A DNA stretch of 63,709 bases, filler included, from Collodictyon triciliatum (GCA_043381765.1; 12 parts of 12 records of this genome joined end to end with filler, not necessarily neighbours in it); one strand, 5' to 3'; positions 11,097 through 29,242 are shown, counted from the first letter of the whole stretch. Made by a program: numbers and translations. The notes: generated from the letters alone by a model not told the origin.

Positions 11097-13548
11097 ATCA
11101 ACTGGAGTGCATCTCTTCGAACTCCAAAGCACGTTGTTGATGAATGGGCGACTGAGCATGGATGCTCCTACTACGCAAGCGAGGAATACCAAAGTGACAT
11201 GGCTGCTGTTGAAAAGAGGATAGGTGACTAAAGTAGATGGACAGAGTCTATCAGAAGATGGTAAATTAGTACTGAATTTTTTTCTTCCCTCGACTACAGG
11301 TGTGCACGACCAAGACACCGTGTTCAATTCCAATAATTCCATGCTGAAGAACGGATGTGAGAGCCTTGGGTACAATCACATGGTCATTCCACGAAATGCT
11401 CCTGGTTCTCATACTTGCGGGTATGATTTTTTTTTTCTGCTTCTACCCCCTTTTTTTTTTCATATTGCAAAAATTTATGATTCCTGTAAATTATATCTTG
11501 AAATCGACCGGGTGTCCTGAAATAGATTCATATTATAATCATAAATTGACTTACATTGTATTATTCCCCTTCAAAAAATATATAAAGATTTTGTACTTTT
11601 GGATGAAAGTCTGGTGAAAAGCAAGGGTGTGTTGAGACTTGGCTAGCAGATGCAGCCAAGAATGGAACACAATTTCTTTTGCAAACTACTGTGCAACAAA
11701 TACTGCACAGTGAGGACATTGTTTTCATAATCATCGAAAGCACAAATGACTAAACAAAAAATAAATAAATTACAAGTAATATTTCGTCTTCGAGCTCAAT
11801 TCAGACTATTTTCTTAATTTACTCATCAACAAAATAGAGGACCAAAAGGTCACCGGGGTCTTATGCAAAAAAGATACTGGAGAAACATTTACTATCAAGA
11901 GCAAGTTTGTATTTACTTGTGCCAGCTCCTTGAACAGTCCGGCCATTCTTCTTCGTAGCAAAGTGCCAAACTCAAACATCGGGAAAAATTTGTATCTTCA
12001 TCCTGTATCAGCCATCACAGGTTTCTTCGACCAAAAAACACAGCCTTATGACGGTTGCCTCATGAGTGTCGTCTGCAAGGAGTTTGAAACAAGGTTGATA
12101 CCTATTGCGTTAAAACCCATGTCCACAGTTTCTACTTTGGTTCGCTATTTAGCGCCAGAGTCCTCGTTAACCCTTAAACACAGCATATTGGGATACTGTT
12201 ACATCTGAGTAATTGAGTGCTCGTGGTTGATTGTTGAATGCCATCACTTTTTTCATGAAAACAAAACAAAACAAAACAAAACAAAACAAAACAAAACAAA
12301 ACAAAACAAAACAAAACAAAACAAAACAAAACAAAACAAAACAAAACAAAACAAAACAGCGGCATCGCATTTTCTTCATCAGGCTTTGAATGGCCCAATC
12401 ATATTAATTTTTTTATATAAAAAACCATCATAGGCCGGAATCAAACTACGGCTGCCTGATTGAAACCCCTCCTGCCCACCCAGGGCTGTTTGCATCTGGT
12501 ACTCCATGGAAATCATCGCTGGAATTCAAGAAAGACTTGCTAGGCTACACAAATGCTGCTATATTCATTGTTATTACACGTGACAAATATGGTGGAGAGG
12601 TATGCAATTTGTGTATTTTCTTTACCAACAATATGTTTTCTCAACGTGATGTATATATGTCGCTAATATCAAAGTGATATTTCGTCTTATGTGAGTATAT
12701 ACAAGGTGAGAATCGACGGGAATGGAAATCCTCGATTTCACTATAATCTATCTGCAAATGACGCCGAATCACTGAAGATTGGGCTTGAAGGTGGCATTCG
12801 TATTATGGCGGCAGCAGGAGCAAAGTGAAGATTTTTTTTTTGGTGAATAAGTCCCCAAACTCTATATATCTAATTATTACTATTTTTTTCTAAAAATAAA
12901 TAAAATAAAATAAAAAATCTACAGGTCCATCCTCACACTGCACACATGCTACAATCGTTTTGATGCCGAGGGTGCTCCAGCTGCTCAGGGTATTGAAGCC
13001 TATGTCCAGCAAACAAGAGCTCTTTCCACAACGGTATACACTAAACTGTCTTTAAGCTTCGGTTGTCGCATATGTTTCTCCCTCACCATTGTTCTATCAC
13101 AAAATCTCAGTATTCGAGCATTTTTCACTCATCTGTTTCTTATATTCTTTTGTAAGGTTATCTACAGAACAAAAAATAATAATTAAAAACAGTAAAACAT
13201 TCATTAATGGTCATCTGTATTAGAGAATAAATTATTGTTTTTATTTAGATGTAAACTTAATTTGTGAATACATTTAATCATATTACTTTCATAACATAGC
13301 CCGGTTCGCTGTCGTTGTTCTCAGCCCATCAGATGGGGACTTGCCGCATGGGAAAATCACGAGAGACATCCGTGGTGAAGGAAAGTGGCGAATCCTGGGA
13401 TATCGCTAATCTCTATGTTGCTGATGCCAGTGTCTTCCCGACAGCAAGTGGCGCTAACCCCATGTTGACAACCGAGGCTGTTGCATACTCTATCGCAAAG
13501 CGCTTCGTCCAGGCCCAAAAGGAATCCGGTGCAACCGCATCCTCATAG
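11097..13548 (+). CDS. Long-chain fatty alcohol oxidase (GMC oxidoreductase), 5' partial, 8 exons visible, one in-frame TGA at 11604-11606
   Basis: Spliced product INWSASLRTP..EW, PRN..HTCGFCTFG*KSGEKQG..TWLADAA, LNSPAILLRS..IGKNLYLHPV, YGCLIETP, FSAHQMGTCRMG, LYVADASVFPTASGANPMLT; all intron phases consistent. Confidence 0.9.
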
Positions 13549-13865
13549 GGGAGTGCGTATGGAAAAAACAAGAAACAGAAACAGAAATAAAGATGCAAGC
13601 AATCAACAAAACTACGCAATCTTTTTCCAAGATAAAACAAACCAAACCAAACCAAACCAAAGCAAAGCAAAGCAAAGCAAAGCACTATCTTTTCATAATA
13701 ACTCAACATAACCATCGAAGGAGTTCTGTTAGAAAGAACAAACACATAAAACATACGAGGTGGATATCAAACTTTTAAAGATATATCGAGCATATGGCGA
13801 GGGGATTATATATTGATTATTCCTGGATGATTTTTTTTTTATCAGCTCTGAGCCGGCAGAGACTG

Positions 13866-14865
13866 CTATCGAATCTTGAGATATGACGGAGGGGCATAGT
13901 TCTTGTGCACATATTTAGCGATGTAGACAGGAAGGCAGCTCATGCTTGTGATGAGCAGAATTCTCCAGATGAACGCCCATGTTTGAATGAAGTTTATATC
14001 TAGAGAGATAGAGACGGTTTGTCGTAAAGTATAGTACTTTCTTCGGTCCATCTAGATGGCTAGAGAATTCAATATAAAACAAAACGGATCCTTACCAAAA
14101 TAGGTGTCCAGCAGAAACATGCTCGAAAAATATGCTGCCACAGATAATACTTCGCAATATACCATATAGCGATGCCATGTGTATATTTCCAAAGCCACAT
14201 TCAGTAGTTCAGTCAAGATGAGAACCGTATATGTGATTGCGACGATATTAATAAAGGCTGATTCGAACATTGTTATAGTGAGTAGCATGATGACTCCGCC
14301 TTGGTACACACTACAAAGAATTAATTTGAACAGGAGTTGCTTGAAAATGTTGAAGCCTCTAGGTCACATATCGTGTCAAGATTATACCTTTTAAAAACCC
14401 ATATGAAAAATGTTTTGTATGATAGCACGCGTCCCTATTTTCAATTGCGGAATCATCAATAAAGGGCTTTGGACACACATTAAAAAATTGGTTGATATAT
14501 TCTGGGATTCATTGGATCACATGTCTGCTGTGGAAAGGAAGGATGCCTCGTATGTTGCCATATATTTGATAGCGTGGTGTTACCTTCTGCAGGTCTTTAT
14601 AGAGTTCCGGATACATAAAGACAAGATGTCGACTGACGTCCTCATCAAGGACCAACGAAAATACGGGTGCCATCGTGTAGAAAGTGGCATAACTATTGGG
14701 AGATTGTTATACTGTAACTAACAGAGGGATGAAAATGAAGAAGATACGGAATACACACAAATAATCAATTAGGATAGTCACTATTATGGTCTTAAGACTC
14801 ACCCAACCATAATCCAGCCCTTTGATCAGACACAGTAGTATTAAATCATGAGTTAGATGCGACTT

Positions 14866-14916
<51 letters not shown>

Positions 14917-15351
14917 ATTAAGGTATTCTTTTCAAAAAATGAATAAGAATGTAAACAAACAGTTGAAATAATAAATGAAAATTGCAATACTAAAATGATT
15001 GAATAAAAAGAAATTGAAAAGAAGATCGAAAGGAATCTAAGGCAAGTACATTGTATATTGCCACTGCAGCAAAATAGTAGAGCGCCGTAAAAACGGCTTG
15101 GATAATCGATATGATGAGACCTCGATGAATCACAAATTGACTAAGGCGAGCCGAGCGTTTATCTAATATTTTAAGTGTTTATGTATGAAGAAGCAAATAC
15201 CGCGCAGAAAAAAAAAGTGAAAACGTATGCGTGTATTAAATGGGTTACATGAATTTCTGCCGTGCCATACTTCAAAAACCCAGAGGTGTTGTGGTCAAAT
15301 AGAAATGGGCATTGATGGGTTAATATTCGAAGAGAGAGGAAGACATAATAA

Positions 15352-15447
<96 letters not shown>

Positions 15448-16063
15448 ACACATAACAGGTTGTATTTCTATTAAAATGAATCAAGTACATATTAATTCGC
15501 TGATAAAGCTAAACTGGGTGACTGAGAAATCTGCAGCAAGAGACGCTTGCTTTCCTTCTTTACCAACAATTCCAATACCTTAAAAAAATCATGAGCATTA
15601 TTGAAAATCTTTATAAATAACCTAAGTAGACTTGAAATGGTAATACAAAATAGAGTATCCTCTGAACCATTCCCTTTTCACATTACATGGCCATGACTCA
15701 GATGTATGTGCCGAAATATAACAGACCGACATCGGCTGCCTGAATCATGGAAACATCGTTTCCACCATCACCTATGGCACAGGTTCGCTTCTGGGTGAAT
15801 GTCCTCAATAATCTGACAATATCAGCCTAGGAAAATGGTAAAGAGTGTCGAAACTTATGAGAAGGAAATGGCCAAAATGAATTGTATAACCACGCAACAT
15901 AAATACCTTTTGCGTCGGAGAGCATCTACAGCACACAACCGAAGGTGCTTTGCATGCAAACTCCACAAACATGGATTGAAAATACTTGAGGCATAAGGTC
16001 AAGGACACACCATCGATTATTAAGCAGGCTCCTGTTTTACGCCCGAAAGTGCTTAATTGCTCT
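13866..16063 (-). CDS. ATP9: P4-type ATPase phospholipid flippase, NEO1/ATP9 class (5' partial)
   Basis: [88 protein letters not shown]-terminal PPSYLKIR*. Confidence 0.93.
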
Positions 16064-16324
16064 CTAGTGAATTTTTTTTTTTTTTTTTTTTTTTTACAAA
16101 AAGGATATTACATGGATTGTTAAAGAAGCATGTGTATATAATAAAATAATCGCCAGTAGCCCCTATGATACATGTTCTATTATGATTTTGATTTTTATGG
16201 CCAAAAAAAAATAAATATGAATCANNNNNNNNNNNNNNNNNNNNNNNNNNNNNNNNNNNNNNNNNNNNTTAATTAATTAANNNNNNNNNNNNNNNNNNNN
16301 NNNNNNNNNNNNNNNNNNNNNNNN

Positions 16325-16419
<95 letters not shown>

Positions 16420-16679
16420 CATAGTTATATGATTTTTATAAATAAATAAATCAATTGTTTTCCCTGAAATACATTTTTTGTATATATTGGGTGGCTGACT
16501 CTCTACCCTACTCTTTACACGAGGAAACTATGAAGCATTTAATAGACAGTTTGCAATTCCAACAAAGTAATTGAATCTAAAACTAACTTTGATGCACATC
16601 ATACATATTCCAATATATTAAAGAGGTAGATAGTCATATGCATGAATCATTTAAAAGAGTCTGTGAGTAACATTCATAC

Positions 16680-16900
16680 GTATATCTTTCCTCAGTGGCA
16701 TCTTTATCCAATTTTGCGTTCTCCGTTACTCAGAGTCTGTGAGAAGAGAGATGCTGAAATAGACAGAGAGATTAAAAAAAAAACACGCTTTACCTCGCTC
16801 ATGCAAGCACAAAACCAAGCTACAGACAGAACAGCATGTTACAATTCCTGATTACCGACCACATCTTCCACATGACCCCAAGTAGCATCTGTGCAAACGA
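16680..16900 (+). mobile_element. Decayed copy of the same LINE (ORF2 end plus part of 3' UTR)
   Basis: Translates ISFLSGIFIQFCVLRYSESVRREMLK*, similar to the corrected ORF end near 10050-10130; shares CTCATGCAAGCA, CAATTCCTGATTACCGAC and CCAAGTAGC with the reverse complement of 9910-10030. Confidence 0.8.
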
Positions 16901-17050
16901 GGGTTAATGAACCAAATCAAACTATTATGTTCCGCAATTTAAAGAAAGCACATAAAACAAATTATGTTTCATATAAAGGAATAAAGCGATGTTTTTTTTC
17001 ATGCTCCTGGTATCAAGGAAAAAACTTGTTATCAATTCAATACTACTTAC

Positions 17051-18257
17051 AAGAGTCAGGGCTAGCGGATATATTCTCATTGAAGTGAAATCATCGGTTA
17101 AAGTTGGAACTATACGTCATAGAGACAGAGCAGCCAACTCTGTGTTAAAGACTATATTTTGTTATCAGCTTCGATTCCAAGGAAAATAATTCCGATAAAG
17201 GTAATTTACCTGAAGTGTGCAATACTATTGTTTGGATGAGTGAATTGTGTCCAACAAAAAAGCCGTGGAAGCATTCAGCGATACCATAAAGGATGAATGG
17301 GTTATAGGTGCCATACTGAGTGGGTAAACAAATCCATTTTCTTGCGACTTTAAGCACTCTTTCTTTTCTTATCAAATGATACCGAGACCGATGGTTTGGA
17401 TGCGTGTCTGAATAATACGTGATATTGAAGGATTTCGTAAAAGCCCCCGAATAAATGAATGTATCAAGTTAGTTTTTTTGCTATACTTACTCCGGTATGG
17501 ATGGTCAGTACCAACTTGCTGAGACTAGAACACGAAAAGATAACAGAACACGCAAATAGTTTCATTACTTTCACTTTATGTTTTGTACTATTTCAGACTC
17601 TAGGGATACTCTCACCAATGCTGTAAATCATAATGTCATACGAAAAAACATCGACGAGGATTGGCTGGCTTAAGGAATCACACTCACCTCAAGGAATCGA
17701 TTGGTTTTCTACATCAGTTAATTAATTCGAGATATAATGCTCTATTCCTTTCTACTTCCATATCATTTTTATGTTATTGTCCTCTAAGAATCTAAGACAT
17801 TTCCTGTAGATTTTTTTGAATCACTACGGAGTTTTCTGGATTGCTATCCTATGTAATATATTGGAAAGTAGACTCTCATCGCAATATTATTTCACAAATT
17901 GGAAGCCCCAAGGCTCTGCAACGAAACCGGACTGGTAATACAATCTGTGAGCATCACAATGTAACCAACCATAAATCCTGACAAGGTGTGCAAAAGTTGG
18001 GACTGTATTTTTAAAGGATAGTTTTGATATCTAAAGAAATACCACTTCAATTAAAGACCTTTCTCCCGATAACAATTGCTTATCTCATATCCATAAATTA
18101 ATCGTAAAGGAAGTCATTGAGAGTCATCGGAAGCAATCTTGAAGCTCTCTTTTCTCGTGTTCATTATTAAACTTGACTGTCGACATTGGAAACTCAATAA
18201 CCTCCACATACGGACTCTGGACGAAATCACGAACTATACTGTTCACCAAATTATTCT
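17051..18257 (-). pseudogene. Exon-like segments of an unidentified, probably disrupted gene
   Basis: Phase-consistent small exons (QVGTDHPYR / THPNHRSRYHLIRKERVLK..LHTS / VPTLTDDFTSMRIYPLALTL); upstream segment 17700-18257 has stops in all frames. Confidence 0.3.
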
Positions 18258-18527
18258 GGCACAAAATAATAGTAAAAAACAAAAAACAAACAAAAAAACA
18301 TAAAAACAATAGACAAAAAACAAACATAAAAACAAACAAAAAAACAAAAAAACAATAAAACAATAAAACAATAAAACAATAAAACAAAAAACAAAAAAAA
18401 CAAAAAACAAAAAAAAAAAAAAACAAAAAAACAAAAAACAAAAAAACAAAAAACAAAAAAAACAAAAAAACAAAAAAACAAAAAAACAAAAAAAACAAAA
18501 AAACAAAAAAAAAAAAAANNNNNNNNN

Positions 18528-18571
<44 letters not shown>

Positions 18572-19550
18572 AAAAAAAAAAAAAAAAAAAACAAAAAAAA
18601 CAAATAAAATAGTGGAGACACGACCGGTTCTACAAAATATGTAAAGTATAAGAGTTGAAGTCAGTAGGTAGAATATAGGAAAGATGTTTTACATTTTCAC
18701 TATATTTCTATTTCACAATCCAATTTTTTATTTCACAAGCATATAGACTCTCAATCAGAAGCATATATTCTAAACTTCAAAAGAAATGTTGTGGAATACA
18801 CTCCAAATGAAAAGTTACAAACTGGAGATATGGTGATGTTGCACGTAAAAAGCACCTTTTGTGAAGGTTATGCTAAAGTTGAAATGATGTCATAGTTCAA
18901 GTTTAACGAAAATGAAATTGTGATACCAGATATAGTATATGTGGTAGGCAGCAGGCGCAGATAAAATAGATTAGCATGAGTATGACACCATTGGCCAGAA
19001 AATAGTGACAGCGAGATAGTCAGGCAAGCTTAATGGCTATTGGAGTGTTTGAGTTGCAATCGCTGGACATGATGGATACGACTTTCAACACTTTTCATCT
19101 CTCTTCTTTTGCGACCAGAAAAGCGATGAATGCATGTGTGTTTCGATAAACTTTATTTCAGAAGAACTTCTAACTTGACTATATTGATTTCTCGTTCAAC
19201 TTAGTGGTAAGACCATTCGATTTGTGTTCTGTTGTGTGTATATGTAGGATTGTGGGTGGCTATGTGTTTCAGTGGGGCTGTAGAACTGCATAGCGCGTGT
19301 GTGTCGGTAGTTCAAGTGTGGCTATTTCCCAGCAGACAAAAGGTCGAATGCCGTATTTTTTCTCTTTATCGTGATTTTCATAGACATCTCGATTGTGAAC
19401 ACCTACATATACATGAGAATTGTGCTTTGCAGAAGGGTTCCTTCATCTGCGCATCATCGTCAGCTACTTTATCTTACAACATGAACAAAAATAGAATAGC
19501 GATTGAATAAAGACTTACTAGCTCGCTATAGATACTAAGTTTTATGATAC

Positions 19551-19850
19551 CTGTTAAATAAGATATTTGTGGAGGCAGTAACGACAACTGATTGCCATGA
19601 AGGTCCAAGATTTTCAGACCAGTCAACAAGAAGACGCCATGAGGAACGGATGTCAGGCTTTTCCATCCTAAGTCTAGCTCTCGGAGCTTTTTAAAGAGGC
19701 GATGTCGTGTGTCTGGTTATTCCTCGGAGACCTCTTCTAAAAGAGCATTCTCGTCGGCCTTTGTGACAGAAATGTAGGGCGAAAGCGGTTTGGGCGGGTT
19801 CTGGGGGCTGTGCGGACGAGTGGATTGGGTTGTGTGATAGTGCGCTGCAT
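19551..19850 (-). pseudogene. Isolated LRR-coding exon, preceded by an in-frame TAA
   Basis: KKLRELDLGWKSLTSVPHGVFLLTGLKILDLHGNQLSLLPPQISYLT ending at a G|gtatc donor; TAA at 19717-19719; ATG at 19850 is out of frame. Not in the ORF track. Confidence 0.55.
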
Positions 19851-20539
19851 ATTTTTTTGTTTTTTTGTTTTGTGAATGCACTTGGCATGTCACACAGACT
19901 GGCGTTGCTCGAGTGAAAGCAGTGCGGTTGTGCACACAGAGAATAGAATGTGCATTGCGAATGAGTGATGTGATAAGGTAGCGAGAAAGAAAGAGCGCAG
20001 GGCAGCAGCGATTTCGACGGGACGAAGGTTAAATATCCCACAAAGGCTGGCGAATCTTCCGTCCGAATAAAGATGCGGCCATCTCAATATATAGTGGGCG
20101 GATTGGGCTGTGTTTCGCTCATGTGCGATGTGTGGCTCGTGTGGTGATTGGAAAGGCAGAACATTCTCGAATGCTCCAGGTGCGATATCTCCCAATGATG
20201 CACGACGTGTATTCCTGCTGCAAAACTTCGGATAATTTATGACTCAGTATTCGATATACCACAAATTGTAAATGTTTTCAATCTGTATTATATCCTATTA
20301 TAAAAATGATATGGAATGCCCAAGCTGAGTTCTTTCCTTTTCTTATTTGCTTTTCTTTCGTAGTGTTTAATGTTTTTGGATATTGGTTTTATTCATATTT
20401 ATTAATACACCTCCACAGATTCAATTGAATTCATAATGAAATCGCATGAGACCAGAACTCTAATGGCGCGAACATCATGTGAAGGGGCGAGCTTGCGTCG
20501 GGATACAGACTCTCAATCAATAATAAGTGACTGACATAC

Positions 20540-21665
20540 CACAATTAATGGAAGCAATGTAGAGCAAATTCTTTAAAGACAAAAAGACTGCTTCATTTAC
20601 CTATACGAAAATAATGAAAAATACTTTCCTTCGCAAACTGCACGAATATGTACAACCAACTGAGCTGTGATTGAAAGCCCGAAAGTGCGACGAAAAGGAC
20701 GTGACTTTTATAATGATGAAAGACTCAGCCATCTGACTCGGAATCGCTTCCCGAGAAAAGAAAACACGACAATATTCATCACCGACAGACCCTTTCAGCC
20801 CCTCGACTGCTCAAACACTCCCATTTCCAGCTAAAATATGTCTTCAAGGGTTGCACACTTATCAAAATCCTGTTTAAATTCCACTGTAACAATATTATTG
20901 AATACTCATTAATCTTTCATCTAATCGATGTTAACTGGGTTCAGTCCAAGAGTAATTTAAACCCGATAAAGTGGTTACCACTACCTAGTCAAAGAGAGAA
21001 ATACACTGCTCACCTGCTCTGCGAACCTGACTGCTCCTGAAGAAAAACCCTCCCAAGAGCTCGACTACCAGGTTTTCAACCAAGAACAATATATCGGAAA
21101 GTATCGAGTCCCTTAGCCAGCAATCGGCAGGGATTCGTCTTGCTGTCTCAATTGCAGAGCATAACTTTCTATCAATAGTATTGTGCCCATCTAAGAAGCT
21201 AATAAGACCAGCTCGCCCAAAGCTATCTTTGTAAATCCTCACTTTCCTGATATATGCGGACGAGCCCAACCAACGAGGAGCACAAGATGGTCGGAGGGTA
21301 CCCCTTCAGAGCAAGTATTCGTCCGAAAGGATATAAGAGCCCAGCCCCAGCCCCGATTACAACTAAAGACACGCCTCCTAACCCCGAGGTATCTGCAGGC
21401 AAACGAAAACAGGCCAACAAACAAAAGCCAACTCAGGTGGAAACCAGACAATCAGTTGCTAGCGAAGAAACTGCGATGCCCGGACATGGACATGCAATCC
21501 CCAACACAAAATCCTCTCCTGCCAAAACCGCCACGGAACGTAGTAGCGAGAACTCTAACAAACAAAGCAGGAAGAAAACAAACTATGGCATACCCATTGA
21601 GAACCCACAACCGAATGAGAAGGAAGCAGAGACCTCGATGCAATCAGAAAGGTACCACTCCTTAG
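20540..21665 (+). mobile_element. Decayed LINE ORF1-like remnant
   Basis: Stop-riddled frame followed by MVGGYPFRASIRPKGYKSPAPAP and a low-complexity tail, similar to IGGIKAVFVTYPKGYSKSKATQEPAP at 43021-43415; assignment to ORF1 is inference. Confidence 0.4.
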
Positions 21666-21766
21666 NNNNNNNNNNNNNNNNNNNNNNNNNNNNNNNNNNN
21701 NNNNNNNNNTTAATTAATTAANNNNNNNNNNNNNNNNNNNNNNNNNNNNNNNNNNNNNNNNNNNNA

Positions 21767-26812
<5,046 letters not shown>

Positions 26813-27015
26813 TGCTCTCTTGGCTCTCCTGCCTTTGTGGGCTACGTTTTGTGTGAAGTTATCATCTTTGTGTTTACTATTTTTGTTTTTTATTGTTTTT
26901 TATTGGTTTTTTTATTGTTTTTTATTGTTTTTTTATTGTTTTTTTATTGTTTTTTTATTGTTTTTTTATTGTTTTTTTATTGTTTTTTTATTGTTTTTTT
27001 TATTGTTTTTTTTTT

Positions 27016-27101
<86 letters not shown>

Positions 27102-27201
27102 NNNNNNNNNNNNNNNNNNNNNNNNNNNNNNNNNNNNNNNNNNNNTTAATTAATTAANNNNNNNNNNNNNNNNNNNNNNNNNNNNNNNNNNNNNNNNNNN
27201 N

Positions 27202-27237
<36 letters not shown>

Positions 27238-27422
27238 AAAAAAAAACAAAAAAAAACAAAAAAACAAAAAATAATGCACACAAGAAATGCACACAAAAAG
27301 ATTTTAAGTGACTGCAAGAAATGGAAAATATAAAGGATTCATTTATCAAATACGACGACATTTTCCTTTTGGGCTATCGCCACACAGATCTCACTTGTTT
27401 TCAACCAAGCTCGCGGCCAGTG

Positions 27423-28581
27423 ATGAACCGCGATTCGAGTCGTCCATCGAACTCAAAAAGTGAGGAGCCATGTCCAGTGTTCAGACTGATGCAAAGTAGC
27501 TGCCATACAGGGGCAGACGGCAAGCTACAATGTCAAGACATTCAGCGGTTTTTTCGAATGTGTCCGGGCCAACCAATGGTTTGTAGGCCACTTATTTCTT
27601 TTTATTTTTTATTTTATGGCACTAAACTAGATTTATCATACTTTTAAATTATCCTATTACCATGTTGGCTTTTTATTTAGATGTCTTAATCCATTTTTTT
27701 TTTTGTGCGTTTGCGTGTTTCGTACGTGGATATATCAATACATGTGCATTTGTAATCTGGTACAATAATTGCCCCAGATCATTATAATTGTCTTTTGAAT
27801 AAACAGACGATAAGACACACATCGATGGGCACTTTACTTTGTTTCCAAGTTTCTCTCAATGAATCCGTCATCTATTCGCTCATGTAGGTGGAAATCAAAT
27901 CCCCCGATCAGCCCGACCATGAAAAGGCTCCCAAATCAGATGACTGGTACGTTAAACTAGGCATTCGCAATAGCCATACACACACATACATGAATATGCG
28001 ATTGATAATGCGTCTGATTGTAATTAATTTTGTTTGAAGGTATGTTCCCTGGCACAAGCGCTTTATTCTCTATGTTATACACATGATTTACACTGTGCTC
28101 TAGGAATCCGTTCCTGCCATCAGAGCCTATGCAATCAGAACTGCCGCCTCCATTTATGCCCGGAGCTGGCGACCTCTTCCATGAGTTTCAGATGATGGAG
28201 CAAGAAATCAATCGGATGTTTTCTGCAGCTTTCGGCAACTTTGGATTTGGCTTTGGCTTTGGCTTTGGCAACGAGCCGCATTCATCCAAATCCGATTCTG
28301 ACTCTTTCTTTGGCCCTCGCCATCAACCTCGTGGGTGTCATTACATAATCAAAATACAATTATGATGACGAATACTATGGGCCAATAAGCACCAAAGCTT
28401 TATACAATGCCAGACATATGACGGTTTTTTTTATTTTCTTTTATGATATCATCTCCTATTCTGATTATTATCCTTTCATACAGGAGGACAAAATCCTTCA
28501 CAGCAGCCGTTTGGTCGATTCCCGAGGCAAGATCGACCCACCCCAAATCCCCACACGCGAGATGGGCCGGCCGATGTATAA
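27423..28581 (+). CDS. Small 4-exon protein resembling plant Mal d 1/Fra a 1-associated protein
   Basis: Exons 27423-27578, 27888-27946, 28103-28330, ~28484-28581 join in phase; C..SSC..GKLQCQDIQRFFRMCPGQPMVE, Phe/Gly-rich middle, ends ADV*. Family call is from memory of the motif. Confidence 0.6.
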
Positions 28582-28785
28582 ACTTGAATAAAGATCCATG
28601 TCAACGACCTTGTCCAAACCGCACTTTTTTTTTTAATTTTGCCGTGTGCGGTTGAGTACCAGTCACATAACTCTGTGGAAATACGTTTAGTGATTAAGGT
28701 TATTTTATGGGGATTTCTGAGGTTCTGCCTTCAGCAAAGGATATAATTGGTTAGGGCCATGTGAGGAGCAGATAGGCCGGGCTGC

Positions 28786-29227
28786 TTAGTGAGTCTTTTT
28801 TTGCTGTTGTTCCTCAGGCTTCTGTTGCTTTCGTTCCTGTTTTTAAAATAAAATAAAATAAATGATATAATTATTAAAAATTAGAGCATCTGATTCTGAA
28901 CAAAACACACCTGCTTGAACTTTGTGGGGTATGGTAATGGATAGGAAAGAAGAAAGACGAAAGATAAGGGTTCTGCACAATCAAGAAGTACGCAAGATGA
29001 TTGGGACGACTCACGTCCAACTTGGTGGGATTCTTGTGCAGTTTGTCGATGGTTTCTTGCTCCTTCTTGCGGAAGAAAGAGTCTTCTAAGGCCTTCTCAC
29101 GCTCACTAAACTTGCCGCCAGCATCGCGTATGTGTCCATCGCTCCCGCTGCGGCAGAGGGTGCTTCTTTCCAGCGCAGATTTGGACGCAAAGACGCGGCC
29201 GAAGCGAAGTGTGGAAGCGCGAAGCAT
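28786..29227 (-). CDS. ATPIF1: Mitochondrial ATP synthase inhibitor IF1
   Basis: Arg/Ser-rich presequence, then GHIRDAGGKFSEREKALEDSFFRKKEQETIDKL (IATP motif); spliced to final exon ERKQQKPEEQQQKKTH*. Confidence 0.9.
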
Positions 29228-29242
29228 CTTGTGTTCTGAGCT

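Noticed and set aside
16064-16130. U12-like signals (ATATCCTT, TTCTTTAAC) on the minus strand
   Set aside because: Wrong order and spacing; the exon is served by an ordinary TAG acceptor.
18124-18621. Poly-F/I/N/Y/L and similar ORFs in the ORF track
   Set aside because: Translations of microsatellites and homopolymers.
20660-20705. Hammerhead-like TGATTGAAAGCCCGAAAGTGCGACGAAA
   Set aside because: No CUGANGA core and no convincing stems I/III; lies in a probable decayed ORF.
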